Virus record (IMG/VR): IMGVR_UViG_3300017774_003992
Location: 1 to 26,138 of that record
Source: a virus
Lineage: Duplodnaviria; Caudoviricetes
Reading direction: 5' to 3' (one strand)
Length of the DNA: 26,138 nt
Shown: positions 1-10,115 of the stretch, one piece after another
Numbering within the stretch: the stretch's first letter is position 1
How the letters are laid out: every line of letters starts with the position of its first letter
Program-made: the position numbers and the translations under genes
Notes under the pieces: model-generated
Databases searched by the model: none
Seen by the model: only the letters and a program-made list of their open reading frames with translations
Told to the model about the DNA's origin: nothing

Positions 1-3000
1 AATCTCTTAGCTGAAGATGGATTAAGCTTAGGCTTAATATAGAAGTTTACAGAAGAGCTGATAGAACCAGACGAGCTATTGCTATGAGCGTTTGCAGATG
101 GATAGGTCAATCCTTGCACGGAGATTATTGATTGTGAAACAATATTTCTGATTGATGCATTATGTGTTATCTTGCAGGTGCCAAATCCGTCCTTATCAGT
201 TGTCACATAGGCTGGCTGACAAGTTATAGACGATCCAGATACAAAGAAGGTTTGATATGGCTTTGGGTTTCCATTGTTGTCTTTTGAAAAAATGTTTAAA
301 TTAATATAATCTATTCCGTCTGGCAATATTTCTTTTGGAGACAAAATTAATTCTAAAGAATCTGCAGTATACGTATCATGGGATATGAACAGGTATCCAC
401 CATCCAAGGGTGAATATAAAGGATTTAAAGATACATCAGTTAGAGTAATGTCTTTGTCATAGCCTTCTGCTTCGTAGGATACGGTAGCTGAGAAGGATCC
501 ATTTGGCGTACTTAATAACAGTATCTTAGAGAAGTAATCTTCCTGATTGTCGTCGTAGAATTGATTATCAACTATGTAGGAATTGGTAACCCTGTATGTT
601 ACCCTGTATGTTCTTCCGACTACAAGAGGTGAGTGTTGTGGTATTGAAGCCAGTGATATTTTATTTGTTGAAGAACTCAAGTTAGAATAAACTGTTTTTC
701 CTGTTACAGTATCTTTTATCGTCACGTCAAAAACATTTTGATATGCTAAGTATAAAGTGTGCGCATCTTTTGGCTGTATATATTCATAGTTGTAATAAGA
801 AATATCAGATGGAGTTGCCTCGTCAAAGAATGAGACTCTCTGATAGGGAGTGCTTGAGTTGACATTGACAATTACTGGAGCGCCAGATGTCACCGTTTGA
901 TTGAGTATTATGTAGTCTAATGTGCTTCCAGCTGTAAAGTTTTTATATTCCACTTTTTCATTTACGTAGATATATCTTTCTTCATTGTTCTGATAATACC
1001 ATCCACTTCTCATTGATGGATTAAGATATTTATTTACCTCATCGGTATAGGCAGCTTTTACGTTTATGTCTTTTAGCGTATATATTCCAGAAGCTGAATC
1101 AAAGTAATTTAAGTTTAAATCACCAACTGCATCAAAAGAAGTTTCTTGCCAAATGTCTACAAGATTATTATTATTTACTATGTCTACAGAAGTTACTTTA
1201 AAATTCTCTGAACTTTCAAATGCAGATAAGCCAAACTTTGATCTGTTAAAAGAATAAGATCCAACAAGATCTGTAGTCTTATTTAGTATGACATCATAAT
1301 TATCATCAGGAGTTGATTGGATAACTCCGTCTTTAGATAGCACAAAACTAATGTCTCCGTTATAGTCTGCTGTAGCCTTTTCCCACACCTTGTATACGAA
1401 TGGATATTGGCTAGTTGACTTAGACTTTACGTTAATATAATTCGGTGTTGCATTATAATTGAAACTTATATTTGTTAGATATCCGTTTACGGTAGAGCCT
1501 GAAACTATATATTGTGTTTCTATATTTGGAGATGCCGATATCAGATATCTAAATCCATCTTGCCTATTAAGTGCTACGCCACCTATGCCAATGTTTGGGG
1601 AAGCACTTAAGTCGTTTTCGTATATATCTGGAGCTACTGCGTCAATATGCACCCTATTTGGCGTTGCTCCAAATGGTAAGAGTATATTCCTTATCATTTG
1701 TGGAACGTTAATAGTTACATTATTAGTTTGGGCATAAAAGCTTGAATCATTTAATGTATTGCCAAATTCTGAAGATCTAACTTTAGTGCTATTAACTGAC
1801 CTAGTTTTTAGTGGATCATATATCTTAGAGGATATTGCTAACTTTGTTTGAGATGGGCTTGTTTTTACTGCACTCTTTTGCACCTCTACGTTTGTACTAG
1901 AGGCATAAGCTGAAGGTGTTGCATCAGCAAATCTTATTGACGCATAGTCTCCAATTGTTCCAGCAGCGTTCTTCGCTTGAACAAATACGACTTTAGCAGA
2001 GTCTACTACGTATAAAGGAATTTGGCTAACAGAATAGGACTCAGTTGCAGAAGGATTTATAGTATTAAAATAAGGAGTTGATGCTGTTGTATGAATAAAT
2101 CTAAGATTTGATTCAGTTAATCTTGATGAGTTAAATATATTTTGAACTATATATTCTGGAGATGCAGTGTGAGTCTTGTCGTAGTTGTTCTTTACTACGT
2201 TGGTTACGTTAGCTTTGAATGTTGTTGGTCCTGCAAAGCGACCATGTGCTGCAAGATTTAAATAAACATCATAATTTACTGTTGCATACTGGTTATCAGG
2301 ATACAGTTCACTATAATTTATATAAGAATCGTAAGCTACTTTTAGTGGCTCGTATGCTAATTCAGTTGCTGTAGACTTTAATCCACTTAATTTTAAGCCA
2401 AAAGAAAAAGTATTAATACTATCATCTAGTTTTTCTAGCAATATCTTTGCATCATCGAAATCGCCAATTCCAGCCTGGTAATATTGTGAGTCTACAGTAG
2501 CTACGTCGGTTATCTGAGGTATTGAAGAGACACCTTCTTGCTTTGTTCCTGCATAGTCCCAATATGCTTCCTCATATTTTGCGTACCCAAAGTTGGATGG
2601 AAATCTTTTATTTATATCTTCTACAAAATTATAAAAACTAGAAGTTGGATTACCTTCTGAGTCTGCATATGGAGTTGAAGATTGCAGATCTGATATCTCT
2701 AGTATCTCTGGAGTAGCTCCAACATAACTATATATAGGGGTTGAACCATACGCCCTCCATATATCTAGCTCTCTTCTAAGTGTTAACTTTAATCCATTTA
2801 CATCTGTTGATGGAGGGTTCTTGTATACGTCTATTATTCTTGCTTTAAAATTAGAGTTTGATTCTAAGTATAATCTTTGAAGACCTACTTTTGCACCAAG
2901 CTCATCAAAAGAGTTGTAGTTCTGTATATATATTTGTTCTAGCTCAACCGCATCTGCATGAAGTGTAGTGAATGGCCTAATTGTATATAGTGTCTGGTTA

Positions 3001-4035
3001 ACAAAATCGTAATAAAAAGTATAGTCTTTAAATCTAAGGTTTAATAAATCACGATATGAGTCAACTCTAGATAGCTCAACTCCATCTCCAACTATTTTTA
3101 CAAATCCTGGTCTTACAGATGTGCAAACGTATATCCAGGCTATCTGATTTTTGTCTGCTGTTCCTATGTGTGAATCTAAATCTATCTTAGATAGCAGCAC
3201 CTCTACTTCATCTAAGTCCTCACCAAGTAGTGCGTTAACCACTTTTCCAGCAACTGTATCTGGCAACGCCATACTTGGAGTAGCTTTTTCAAGAGAGTCA
3301 GAATACATCTTTGTCCAAGATGGGAATTTAGACAAAACGTTTCTAGCATGATCTGTAATTATCGGATTGACTATTTCATCTATCTGAACCTGTAGCAAAA
3401 GTAGGAAATTAACTTGATCTAAACTTGACTCAAAATCGAATATTACTTCAAACTTAATATATCTTTCAATATCAGTTAAGAATAAAACAGTGTTGTCTTG
3501 CTGCACATATGCTACCTGCTGCCATTCGCTATCTGCTGCAGTTGGACTTTTAGACGTATATATCTTTAATGAAAATTTTGGATTTTCTGTTCCAGGAAGA
3601 TTTGTAAAAGAATACTTAAATCCGCACTAAGTCAATAGGGCTACTGGTGTCTATGAACCTAAAGTAGTTGTCTACGATATCAGCAGTAAGTAATTGAAAT
3701 GGCGTTGAAGATGTTTCGCCATTAAATAAAAAGAAAGACGAACTTTCTTCGTCGTAATTAAATATGTGAAACTCACCGTAGTTTAGATCTTGGACTATCT
3801 CACCATAGTCTGTAACAACAGCATTGGGATCAAGTGTTGTAGTTGGAGTTGCCGAACCCAACACCTTAGTGCCGGTGAAGACATAGTCCCCAATGCCATT
3901 GTTACCATACTGTGATCTGTATGTAGAGTAGTTTGTATAGAATTTATTTGAGTATAGATCAAAAGATGAAGAGGTCCAGGTATTACCACTTTTTGTAAAG
4001 TCTATATTATTTAATGCTAAAAAATAAGTTTTCAT
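1..4035 (-). CDS. Large baseplate wedge/tail-associated structural protein (>1344 aa, 3' end outside window), encoded across a +1 frameshift at 3621-3624
   Basis: ATG at 4035 opens a 139-aa ORF that stops at 3616. I translated the +1 frame by hand and it is stop-free from 3626 to the window start (about 1207 codons; absent from the ORF track because it runs off the edge). It contains FDELGAKVGLQRLYLESNSNFKARIIDVY (~2825-2910), like the LD-x-wG-x3-GL-x-R-x3-Es-x3-yR-x-RI motif of P2 gpI/T4 gp7-type wedge proteins, and an Ig-like (Big_1-type) segment SKDNNGNPKPYQTF...TTDKDGFG (~180-290). Confidence 0.75.
3621..3624 (-). other. +1 frameshift site A (GTG-CGGA-TTT)
   Basis: In-frame CGG at 3624-3622 is codon 138. 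The 0-frame stop is at 3618-3616 and the +1-frame stop at 3629-3627, so the shift is confined to about 10 nt around the CGG. Confidence 0.8.
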
Positions 4036-4054
4036 TTACCTGGATTTATTCTTT

Positions 4055-5320
4055 CTAAACTTGATCAAGCCATATAGAATACTCTGAAGTTACTCCGTTA
4101 TCTGGATGAACAAACATTAAATGTTGACATGGTCTACTCATGGAGTGAAAGTATTCTTGTGCATACGTATTGTAGCTTTCTGGAGAACCAGAGACTCTTA
4201 ATATAGTACTTCCAAGGGTCATCTTAGCTTGCTGATGATAATGTCCCATGAATACATCGTCAAAACGCTCAGGAATAGCACCATCTTTCCATCCCATTAC
4301 CTTCTTATAGTAACCGTGAGTAGCGCTTGGTGACGGCATTTGATCGCCATGAATTAACAATGTTCCATAAGAACCAATATAGTCAACTGCATACCAGTTT
4401 CTTTCGCCTTTTCCATCTGGAATATTGAAAGAGATTCTTCCTTCAGACTCAAAGATCATTTCACAGATCTTATACAGCAGTCTGTCCATGTTGGTTTCTG
4501 GGTCATGCTGCTTTCTCATGCGTCCACCTACGGCACCATGATTACCTATTACGGCAGTTACGTGTACGTGCTCAAAGTGCTCAAGGGCAGTCTTAAGGAA
4601 GTTACCAAGAATCTTTGGTCCATTAACTCCAACTTGTCGATATATCCCAGAGTCAATAAGGTGGCTTTGTCCTGGAAAGATTTCCTCACCCTCTACTATG
4701 TCTCCGAGTATCCAAACGTGAAGATTCTTAACTGGATGGTGAGTTCTTTGTATGTTTGTAATCTCAATTAGTTTCTGCATGTAGAGGTCCATTCTTTTAG
4801 CTAGGACCTCTGTATTATAATCTGGAGTAACTTTACCCATCTGCCAGTCTGCCAGTACAGCTACTGCAGTTTCTGATGTTGATGAAGACTTTGGAAATGA
4901 CGGCATTGGTATTTTTGGCAGTTCAAATTCATTAAATGCATCATATGCTGCCTGATAAACAATATGTCCTGCTTCATCTCGAACATTCTTATACCTATCA
5001 ACTAGACGGGCAAGTCTTTTATTCTCTGTTCTTAGGAAGTCTACAGTGGAAGCCTGTATTGCACTTGGCGAAGCTAGATCTGTAGGTAGCTCACAATCAT
5101 CAATAGAGTCATAATCTTCTGCAAAGACTTTATTGTTGGCTACCCCAAAATGGGTGACAGCTTCTTCATAATTTACTTCCTGACTAAGAAGCTTGTCTGC
5201 TAGGACATCTCCCAAAACATCTTCATCACCTTCAACTAATGCTTTTGCGTGAGTCATATTCTTTGCTTTTACAATATGACTTTTGGTAACAAGAAAATAC
5301 TTGTCGTTCATAATTATCAC
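4055..5320 (-). CDS. Calcineurin-like metallophosphoesterase (possible nuclease/phosphodiesterase) with N-terminal acidic and coiled-coil region
   Basis: All five motifs occur in order: LADWQMG, GDIVEG, GNHG, HGD, GHYH. The start may be the ATG at 5311 (AGAAAG upstream) rather than the GTG at 5320. Confidence 0.85.
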   Translation of the reverse strand: MIIMNDKYFLVTKSHIVKAKNMTHAKALVEGDEDVLGDVLADKLLSQEVNYEEAVTHFGVANNKVFAEDYDSIDDCELPTDLASPSAIQASTVDFLRTENKRLARLVDRYKNVRDEAGHIVYQAAYDAFNEFELPKIPMPSFPKSSSTSETAVAVLADWQMGKVTPDYNTEVLAKRMDLYMQKLIEITNIQRTHHPVKNLHVWILGDIVEGEEIFPGQSHLIDSGIYRQVGVNGPKILGNFLKTALEHFEHVHVTAVIGNHGAVGGRMRKQHDPETNMDRLLYKICEMIFESEGRISFNIPDGKGERNWYAVDYIGSYGTLLIHGDQMPSPSATHGYYKKVMGWKDGAIPERFDDVFMGHYHQQAKMTLGSTILRVSGSPESYNTYAQEYFHSMSRPCQHLMFVHPDNGVTSEYSIWLDQV

Positions 5321-5331
5321 TTTCTACATTT

Positions 5332-6501
5332 TTAATAATTTACAGATGACATTATAACAGAAAAGGCAGACACTGTGCCTGCCACAATGTACTGTCTATC
5401 GTCATTTATTCTGTAAACGCCTTTGGGTATTTCTTGACCATTAGAAGAAACGCTCAGTATATTTACTGATTTAATAAAATCAGAAGCTGATCTTACTTGC
5501 GATTCTAGATCTCCAAAGGATATACTATCACCTATAGTGTTGGAATTCAAGTAATTCTTTACAAATAAACTAACTTGATTTTCTATTCCATTAATTAAGT
5601 TTTGACCTAAACCACTTGGAAGAGTGATACTCACTGCTACATTAACTGGAACTCTTTCCGCTATTCTAATATTTAACTTAATGCCAACTGGCTTAACTAC
5701 GGTAAGCGATGCGAACAAGTCTTGGACCAATGCTGGCCCTATTCTTTGCGATTCTGGAACCACGATAACGTCACAAGACCCCAGGCCATAAGAAGATTCT
5801 CTAACTCTAACGTCTCTAACTCCAGAAACGCCAAGAGCTCTGAGTCTCATGGATTCTGCTGTACCAAAGGAATTTCCTTTAATTGATTTAATTATTCTTC
5901 TTCTATACATATCGTCTGTTTCCATATTCACCATCGAATAAACTTCTTTTGGATTAGTACAAAAAACAACTAAACCACTTGTTGAAGTAAAGTTATGTCT
6001 AGTCAAAGTACCTTTAGAGGCAGTGAAATCTCCACTAGAAAAGTTAGGCACAATTCTGCCATATGCTCTTGTTGTTCCAGCCATTATAACAACGTCTCCT
6101 GTTAGAAGGTATTGATACTGCAGCGACGAGAAGTCTGTAACGTCATTGTATATAATTGTATTATTTGGAATCACGACATTAGCGGACTGAGGAGCAGATA
6201 TGTAGAACTCTATATTAAAGCTATATCTCTCTTCTTGAATGTCAGTAGCTACTGTTCTTCTGTATACTCCATAAAGGTCACCTATTGAATCTAGGGATCT
6301 TCCATTTGCAGTACTTAATGAAGTCTGGTCAACGCTAAACTTAAGAGCTTCATAAAGGTCACCAATTTCAACTGCTAATGCTTCTGCTAGGGCTTTTGAT
6401 ATAGAACCAGAACTCTTTGCGTTAACGCCTGCATTCTTTTCTAGTGCGTTTACAATCTTAGACAGTATCTGTTGTTTTGTTTTTACATAATTTATAGCCA
6501 T
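5332..6501 (-). CDS. Baseplate J-like protein (P2 gpJ / T4 gp6 / Mu gp47 family)
   Basis: Motifs TANGRSLDSIGDLYGVYRR, ETDDMYRRRI, GTAESMRLRALGVSGVRDVRV and KPVGI. Length (389 aa) and position after a gp25-like gene fit. Confidence 0.9.
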   Translation of the reverse strand: MAINYVKTKQQILSKIVNALEKNAGVNAKSSGSISKALAEALAVEIGDLYEALKFSVDQTSLSTANGRSLDSIGDLYGVYRRTVATDIQEERYSFNIEFYISAPQSANVVIPNNTIIYNDVTDFSSLQYQYLLTGDVVIMAGTTRAYGRIVPNFSSGDFTASKGTLTRHNFTSTSGLVVFCTNPKEVYSMVNMETDDMYRRRIIKSIKGNSFGTAESMRLRALGVSGVRDVRVRESSYGLGSCDVIVVPESQRIGPALVQDLFASLTVVKPVGIKLNIRIAERVPVNVAVSITLPSGLGQNLINGIENQVSLFVKNYLNSNTIGDSISFGDLESQVRSASDFIKSVNILSVSSNGQEIPKGVYRINDDRQYIVAGTVSAFSVIMSSVNY

Positions 6502-6511
6502 GGTATTTCCC

Positions 6512-6889
6512 CTAGTTTAGCTCTTGAGTTACAGATATTGTTATTGGTCCTTGACTATTGTCTACGACATGAACGTCAAATCTAATTGATGTTCTAGATG
6601 TTGGGACTGATTCTATTGTTATATTTCTTCCCAAGAAAATATCATCTTTACTTAAAGCCTGTCTAATAAGTCTTTTTCCAATTTCGCCAGTATTTGGTGA
6701 TTGTGGCATTCCGTAAATTATTCCAATATCTGAACCTAGATCTGGATAAGAATAAAAATCTCCTGGCTCGGTCATGAGCCTGATGTATATTTGTTGAATA
6801 TCGCTTTGTGATCTGGACTGAGTAGAAGCTATATCTTTATTTGAAGATAGCTTTAAATCTCCACTTAAATCAAAATATAAATCTGCCAT
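6512..6889 (-). CDS. gp25/GPW-like baseplate wedge (sheath initiator) protein
   Basis: 125 aa with GDLKL...QQIYIRLMTEPGDFYSYPDLGSDI, the typical L-x-T-x2-G-x5-P-x-fG signature. GGAG RBS upstream. Confidence 0.85.
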   Translation of the reverse strand: MADLYFDLSGDLKLSSNKDIASTQSRSQSDIQQIYIRLMTEPGDFYSYPDLGSDIGIIYGMPQSPNTGEIGKRLIRQALSKDDIFLGRNITIESVPTSRTSIRFDVHVVDNSQGPITISVTQELN

Positions 6890-6891
6890 TT

Positions 6892-7569
6892 TTACTCCAA
6901 GTCATTATCTATCCAGGGAAAATTCTCTAGATCACTAGACGGCAATTGGTTTCCAGTTCTGACTTTTTGTACAGCATCAGAAAACTTGTAGCCATTTTCC
7001 ATCAATTCTCTTATTAAAAGAACTTCTGAATCGCTATGAGTCTTTGAATAATCAAGTATTAATAGCTCTTCAGAATTAGATATGGATGGGCCTGTGGGCT
7101 CAACTTGTGCTGCGGGGAGAGTCCCACCCAATCCATAGTTACCTTTTATAGTAGTGGAGTTTTGTGCCTCAGCGTTATCTAAATTATCTATATTATTAAT
7201 ATAATGTGCATTCCTAAAATAGGCTGGATTGTTTAAAAATGAGTTAGTCTCTACAAGCGCTGGCTCATTGTATGCATCAGCTGCTGGGTTAAAAGACATG
7301 TTATTCCATCTAAGGCCATCGTCATCTCTGCAAAAGAACTTTATTGAATCCGCAAAAAAAGATATACTTCTTGTTTTTGGGTTGATTATTAAACCAATTC
7401 CAGGAGCTGCAAAAACTTCTATTTCTCCAGAATCAGATATTCTCATAAAGGCTGAATTATCTGGATGATTAATCCCGACCTCTCTGCTAGAGAATTGCTT
7501 TCTTTTTTTGATTTCTGAAATTTCATCAAAATTATTATCTGGATTAGGTTGTTCTTCTTCGTACATCAT
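6892..7569 (-). CDS. Baseplate protein, probably the beta-strand (C-terminal) half of a split central spike
   Basis: HPDNSAFMRISDSGEIEVFAAPGIGLIINPKTRSISFFAD resembles the short beta-strand repeats that follow the OB fold in gp5/gpV/VgrG spikes. ATGA overlap with the upstream gene. Confidence 0.5.
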   Translation of the reverse strand: MMYEEEQPNPDNNFDEISEIKKRKQFSSREVGINHPDNSAFMRISDSGEIEVFAAPGIGLIINPKTRSISFFADSIKFFCRDDDGLRWNNMSFNPAADAYNEPALVETNSFLNNPAYFRNAHYINNIDNLDNAEAQNSTTIKGNYGLGGTLPAAQVEPTGPSISNSEELLILDYSKTHSDSEVLLIRELMENGYKFSDAVQKVRTGNQLPSSDLENFPWIDNDLE

Positions 7570-7931
7570 GATAAAAACTTTGGTATGCCGGTATCTACTT
7601 TGTGGTTTTTTATTGTTTTAATTGTATCATATTCTTCATTAAAAAATGACACAATGTAAGGGTCTCTCTCTGAGTCATTTCTGAATGCCACCATACACCT
7701 CTGGCCGACGTGTGGAGCCACTCCTTGTATGCCGTAGGTGAATGGGCACGGAACCTTTGTAACGATGTCTCCAATCGTTCCTGAGTGCCTCTCATCCATA
7801 ATTACGGTAGCAGTATTGGAAGCCCTGTCATAGGAGGTTATGGTAGCAGGTCTGTTTCTGCTTTGCTGAAGTCTATTTGCGGTAATTTGGTCATTAATTT
7901 TTTGATCAAATTTTGGATATATAATTGCCAT
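7566..7931 (-). CDS. Stand-alone gp5/gpV-type OB-fold spike protein
   Basis: ATITSYDRASNTATV...PHVGQRCMVAFRNDSERDPYIVSF matches the P-x-vG-x2-v-x-v-x-F-x2-gd-x3-P-x-i pattern of the spike N-terminal OB fold. TAATG overlap with the upstream gene. Confidence 0.75.
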   Translation of the reverse strand: MAIIYPKFDQKINDQITANRLQQSRNRPATITSYDRASNTATVIMDERHSGTIGDIVTKVPCPFTYGIQGVAPHVGQRCMVAFRNDSERDPYIVSFFNEEYDTIKTIKNHKVDTGIPKFLS

Positions 7932-10103
7932 TAGATCTTTGGATCCTGTAATCTTTTGGACGGAACATAAGTGCCGTTACCATCTTTGTATGCCATAGTG
8001 TAATAGTAACCAGAGAACCACTCGCTTAATTTTGCGTATGCTCTTTTATCTTTGAATTTAGCTTTAATAAACGCCTTTAGCTTAGCTTCTGAATTTCCAG
8101 TATTGGCAAGATAAACATCTCTTACTACAGAGTACTTAACTCCAGTAAATGAGCCCATTGGAGCATCAACAGCACTCTTGTAGTCTCCCCAGGGTCTAAA
8201 TTCGTAGTCATTAAGTTTTGTATTTTTTGATACTGCGTTTTGATATTTTGGTAATCCAACATATTTAGCCGCTAAGATATGTGCCTGATTATAAGGAATG
8301 TACATTCTTTCATCAGTAGTTTCTCTTGATGCTAAACTGATAACTTTGCTGCCAAGACTTGTAACGTCTGTATCACTATCTATACTGTATGCTAATTTTA
8401 CTCCAAGCACTTTAGCTGGAGTAGGATAAATTAATGGATACTTTAAACTTCCTCCCCCCGAAGGAAGAAGGTTAATTTGAAACAATCCAAAAGAAAAATC
8501 TCCTGTACCTCTGTTTGTGTTTAATGCTCCCGGTTGAAAACCAGCTTCTCGTTCAGCTATTCCTACAAACAAAGCTGCTATTTCATCTGAAAAAAGACCT
8601 GAAGTAACCAAAAGTTGCATTATTTCATCTCTAGTAAGCTTAGAATCCTTTTTTGTTTTATAGGATATTTTAAATTTTTCTAGTCCACCTGCTGGTATAA
8701 CCGCAGGAGCGGTTCCAGGTTCTGTAACTCCACTCTTTGTAACTGTAGCTGGAGGTGGAGTTACAGGCTGAAAAGATCCAGATCTCTTTGCTCCAAAGCT
8801 AATATGGACATGGTTTCTATGGCCCTTGTCAGAATGAAAGTTGGTGTGCTTTGCAAGGTTAGGAAAAGCAAGTCTAATTCCAGAATTTGCATCTTCCAAA
8901 CCATTTCTAATTCCTAGCTGGGCAGCAAGTAGATCGCTTACAACTATTAGGTCTGGGTGAATTTCTTGAGGCAGTGCTTCCATCTGAGCTAATATTATGT
9001 TTAAACCTTTTAGATATACATCTGCTGTTGGCACTGGGTTACTAAACGCAATAGATTCACCAGAAGAACTTACAACGCTAGATATATCAAAGCCCCTACC
9101 AAATGCATGGTCTGTTATGCTATTGCCAGATTTTAATGAGGTAAAGTTAGGACCAAGTGCACCTCGTCCAGCTCCAAGGTCTCCGTCTTATCTTGATCGA
9201 GTCGGTAAGCCTATTTAGTAGCTCTATAAGTGCTGCTGATATCATACATTGGTGCTCGCTACCAATAAGGTCTATTGGAACTGGGTCGTTAGTGCCAACC
9301 ATTTTTCCATTTACTTCTATATAAGATTGAGACTGTTTAAGTGTAAATTTTAAATCTTTTAAAACTTGACCTTTTTCGTTCTTTTTTAAGTTTAAATTAA
9401 AACCATTCCTTAAAACTCCTGCATCTCCAGTACCTATTCCAAAATTAGCCTTACTCAAAAGAGTATTAACCTTTGCAAGGTATGCTGCTTTTTCTCCTTC
9501 TGTCATCTGACTAAGAATAGCTATTGCTCTATTTTGGTTACTAAAAACTTGTGCGTTTGGTGGCGTTTCGTATTCTTGACTATTATGAGTTTCTCCACTC
9601 GTGCCTGGAGCAGAACCAGAAGCGTCACTGCCACCTCCAGTTGAAGGGTCAGTTCCCGTAACTGGGTTTGACCCATTTGCCGTAAATGCTGCATTAGCAT
9701 CATCGAAACCTCTTGCTCCAAATCCTGTACTCATCACAGACTTTCTAGCTATTTCTAGTCTAGCTTGCGTACCAGTTAGAGGAGGGCCACCAGGATTATC
9801 TGGATCTGCAATCTTTACAGTATCTCCTATGTCAGCTCCCATTGCTAGAATTGCATGAAGAGATGACTGAACATTTTGCTCATATCCTGCCATTACAAAT
9901 GCTGGATTTCTATAAAGCCCATCTCCCTGAAGTACCTTTGAAGGATCTCTAGCCATAAGAGACCTTCCATACTCTCCAGACTGAGATTGAGAAGTTCCCT
10001 TTACGACTTGAGTATTATCTGGATAAAAAGAGTTTTTTATTCTAGAAGTTATACTTTGTGAATCTGAAAGATCATTTACATTTATATTAAAATCTGATGA
10101 CAT
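7931..10103 (-). CDS. Virion-associated peptidoglycan hydrolase (about 723 aa): M15-type Zn peptidase plus SLT-like lytic transglycosylase, encoded across a +1 frameshift at 9182-9185
   Basis: Joining ORF 9147..10103 to the frame of 7931..9034 at CGGA gives ...LIELLNRLTDSIKIR-GDLGAGR...TDHAFGRGFDIS...HRNHVHISF (H-x6-D and HxH zinc ligands), then GIAEREAGFQPGALN...GDFSFGLFQINL (SLT catalytic Glu and GLFQI motifs). AGAGG RBS before 10103. Confidence 0.85.
9182..9185 (-). other. +1 frameshift site B (AGA-CGGA-GAC)
   Basis: In-frame CGG at 9185-9183 is codon 307. The +1-frame stop is at 9190-9188 and the 0-frame stop at 9149-9147. The +1 frame carries the peptidase H-x6-D motif. Confidence 0.85.
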
Positions 10104-10115
10104 AAAACCTCTAAG

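Noticed and set aside
589-612. 12-nt tandem duplication ACCCTGTATGTT x2 (encodes TYRV twice)
   Set aside because: Only two in-frame copies inside a coding region, with no array structure.
3627-9190. A +1-frame stop codon one codon before the GGA at sites A and B
   Set aside because: The spacing is not shared by sites C and D, and off-frame stops are common in AT-rich genes.
3795-9721. Nested minus-strand ORFs 3795..3989, 7610..7795 and 9521..9721
   Set aside because: They are alternate-frame ORFs inside well-supported genes, with atypical composition.
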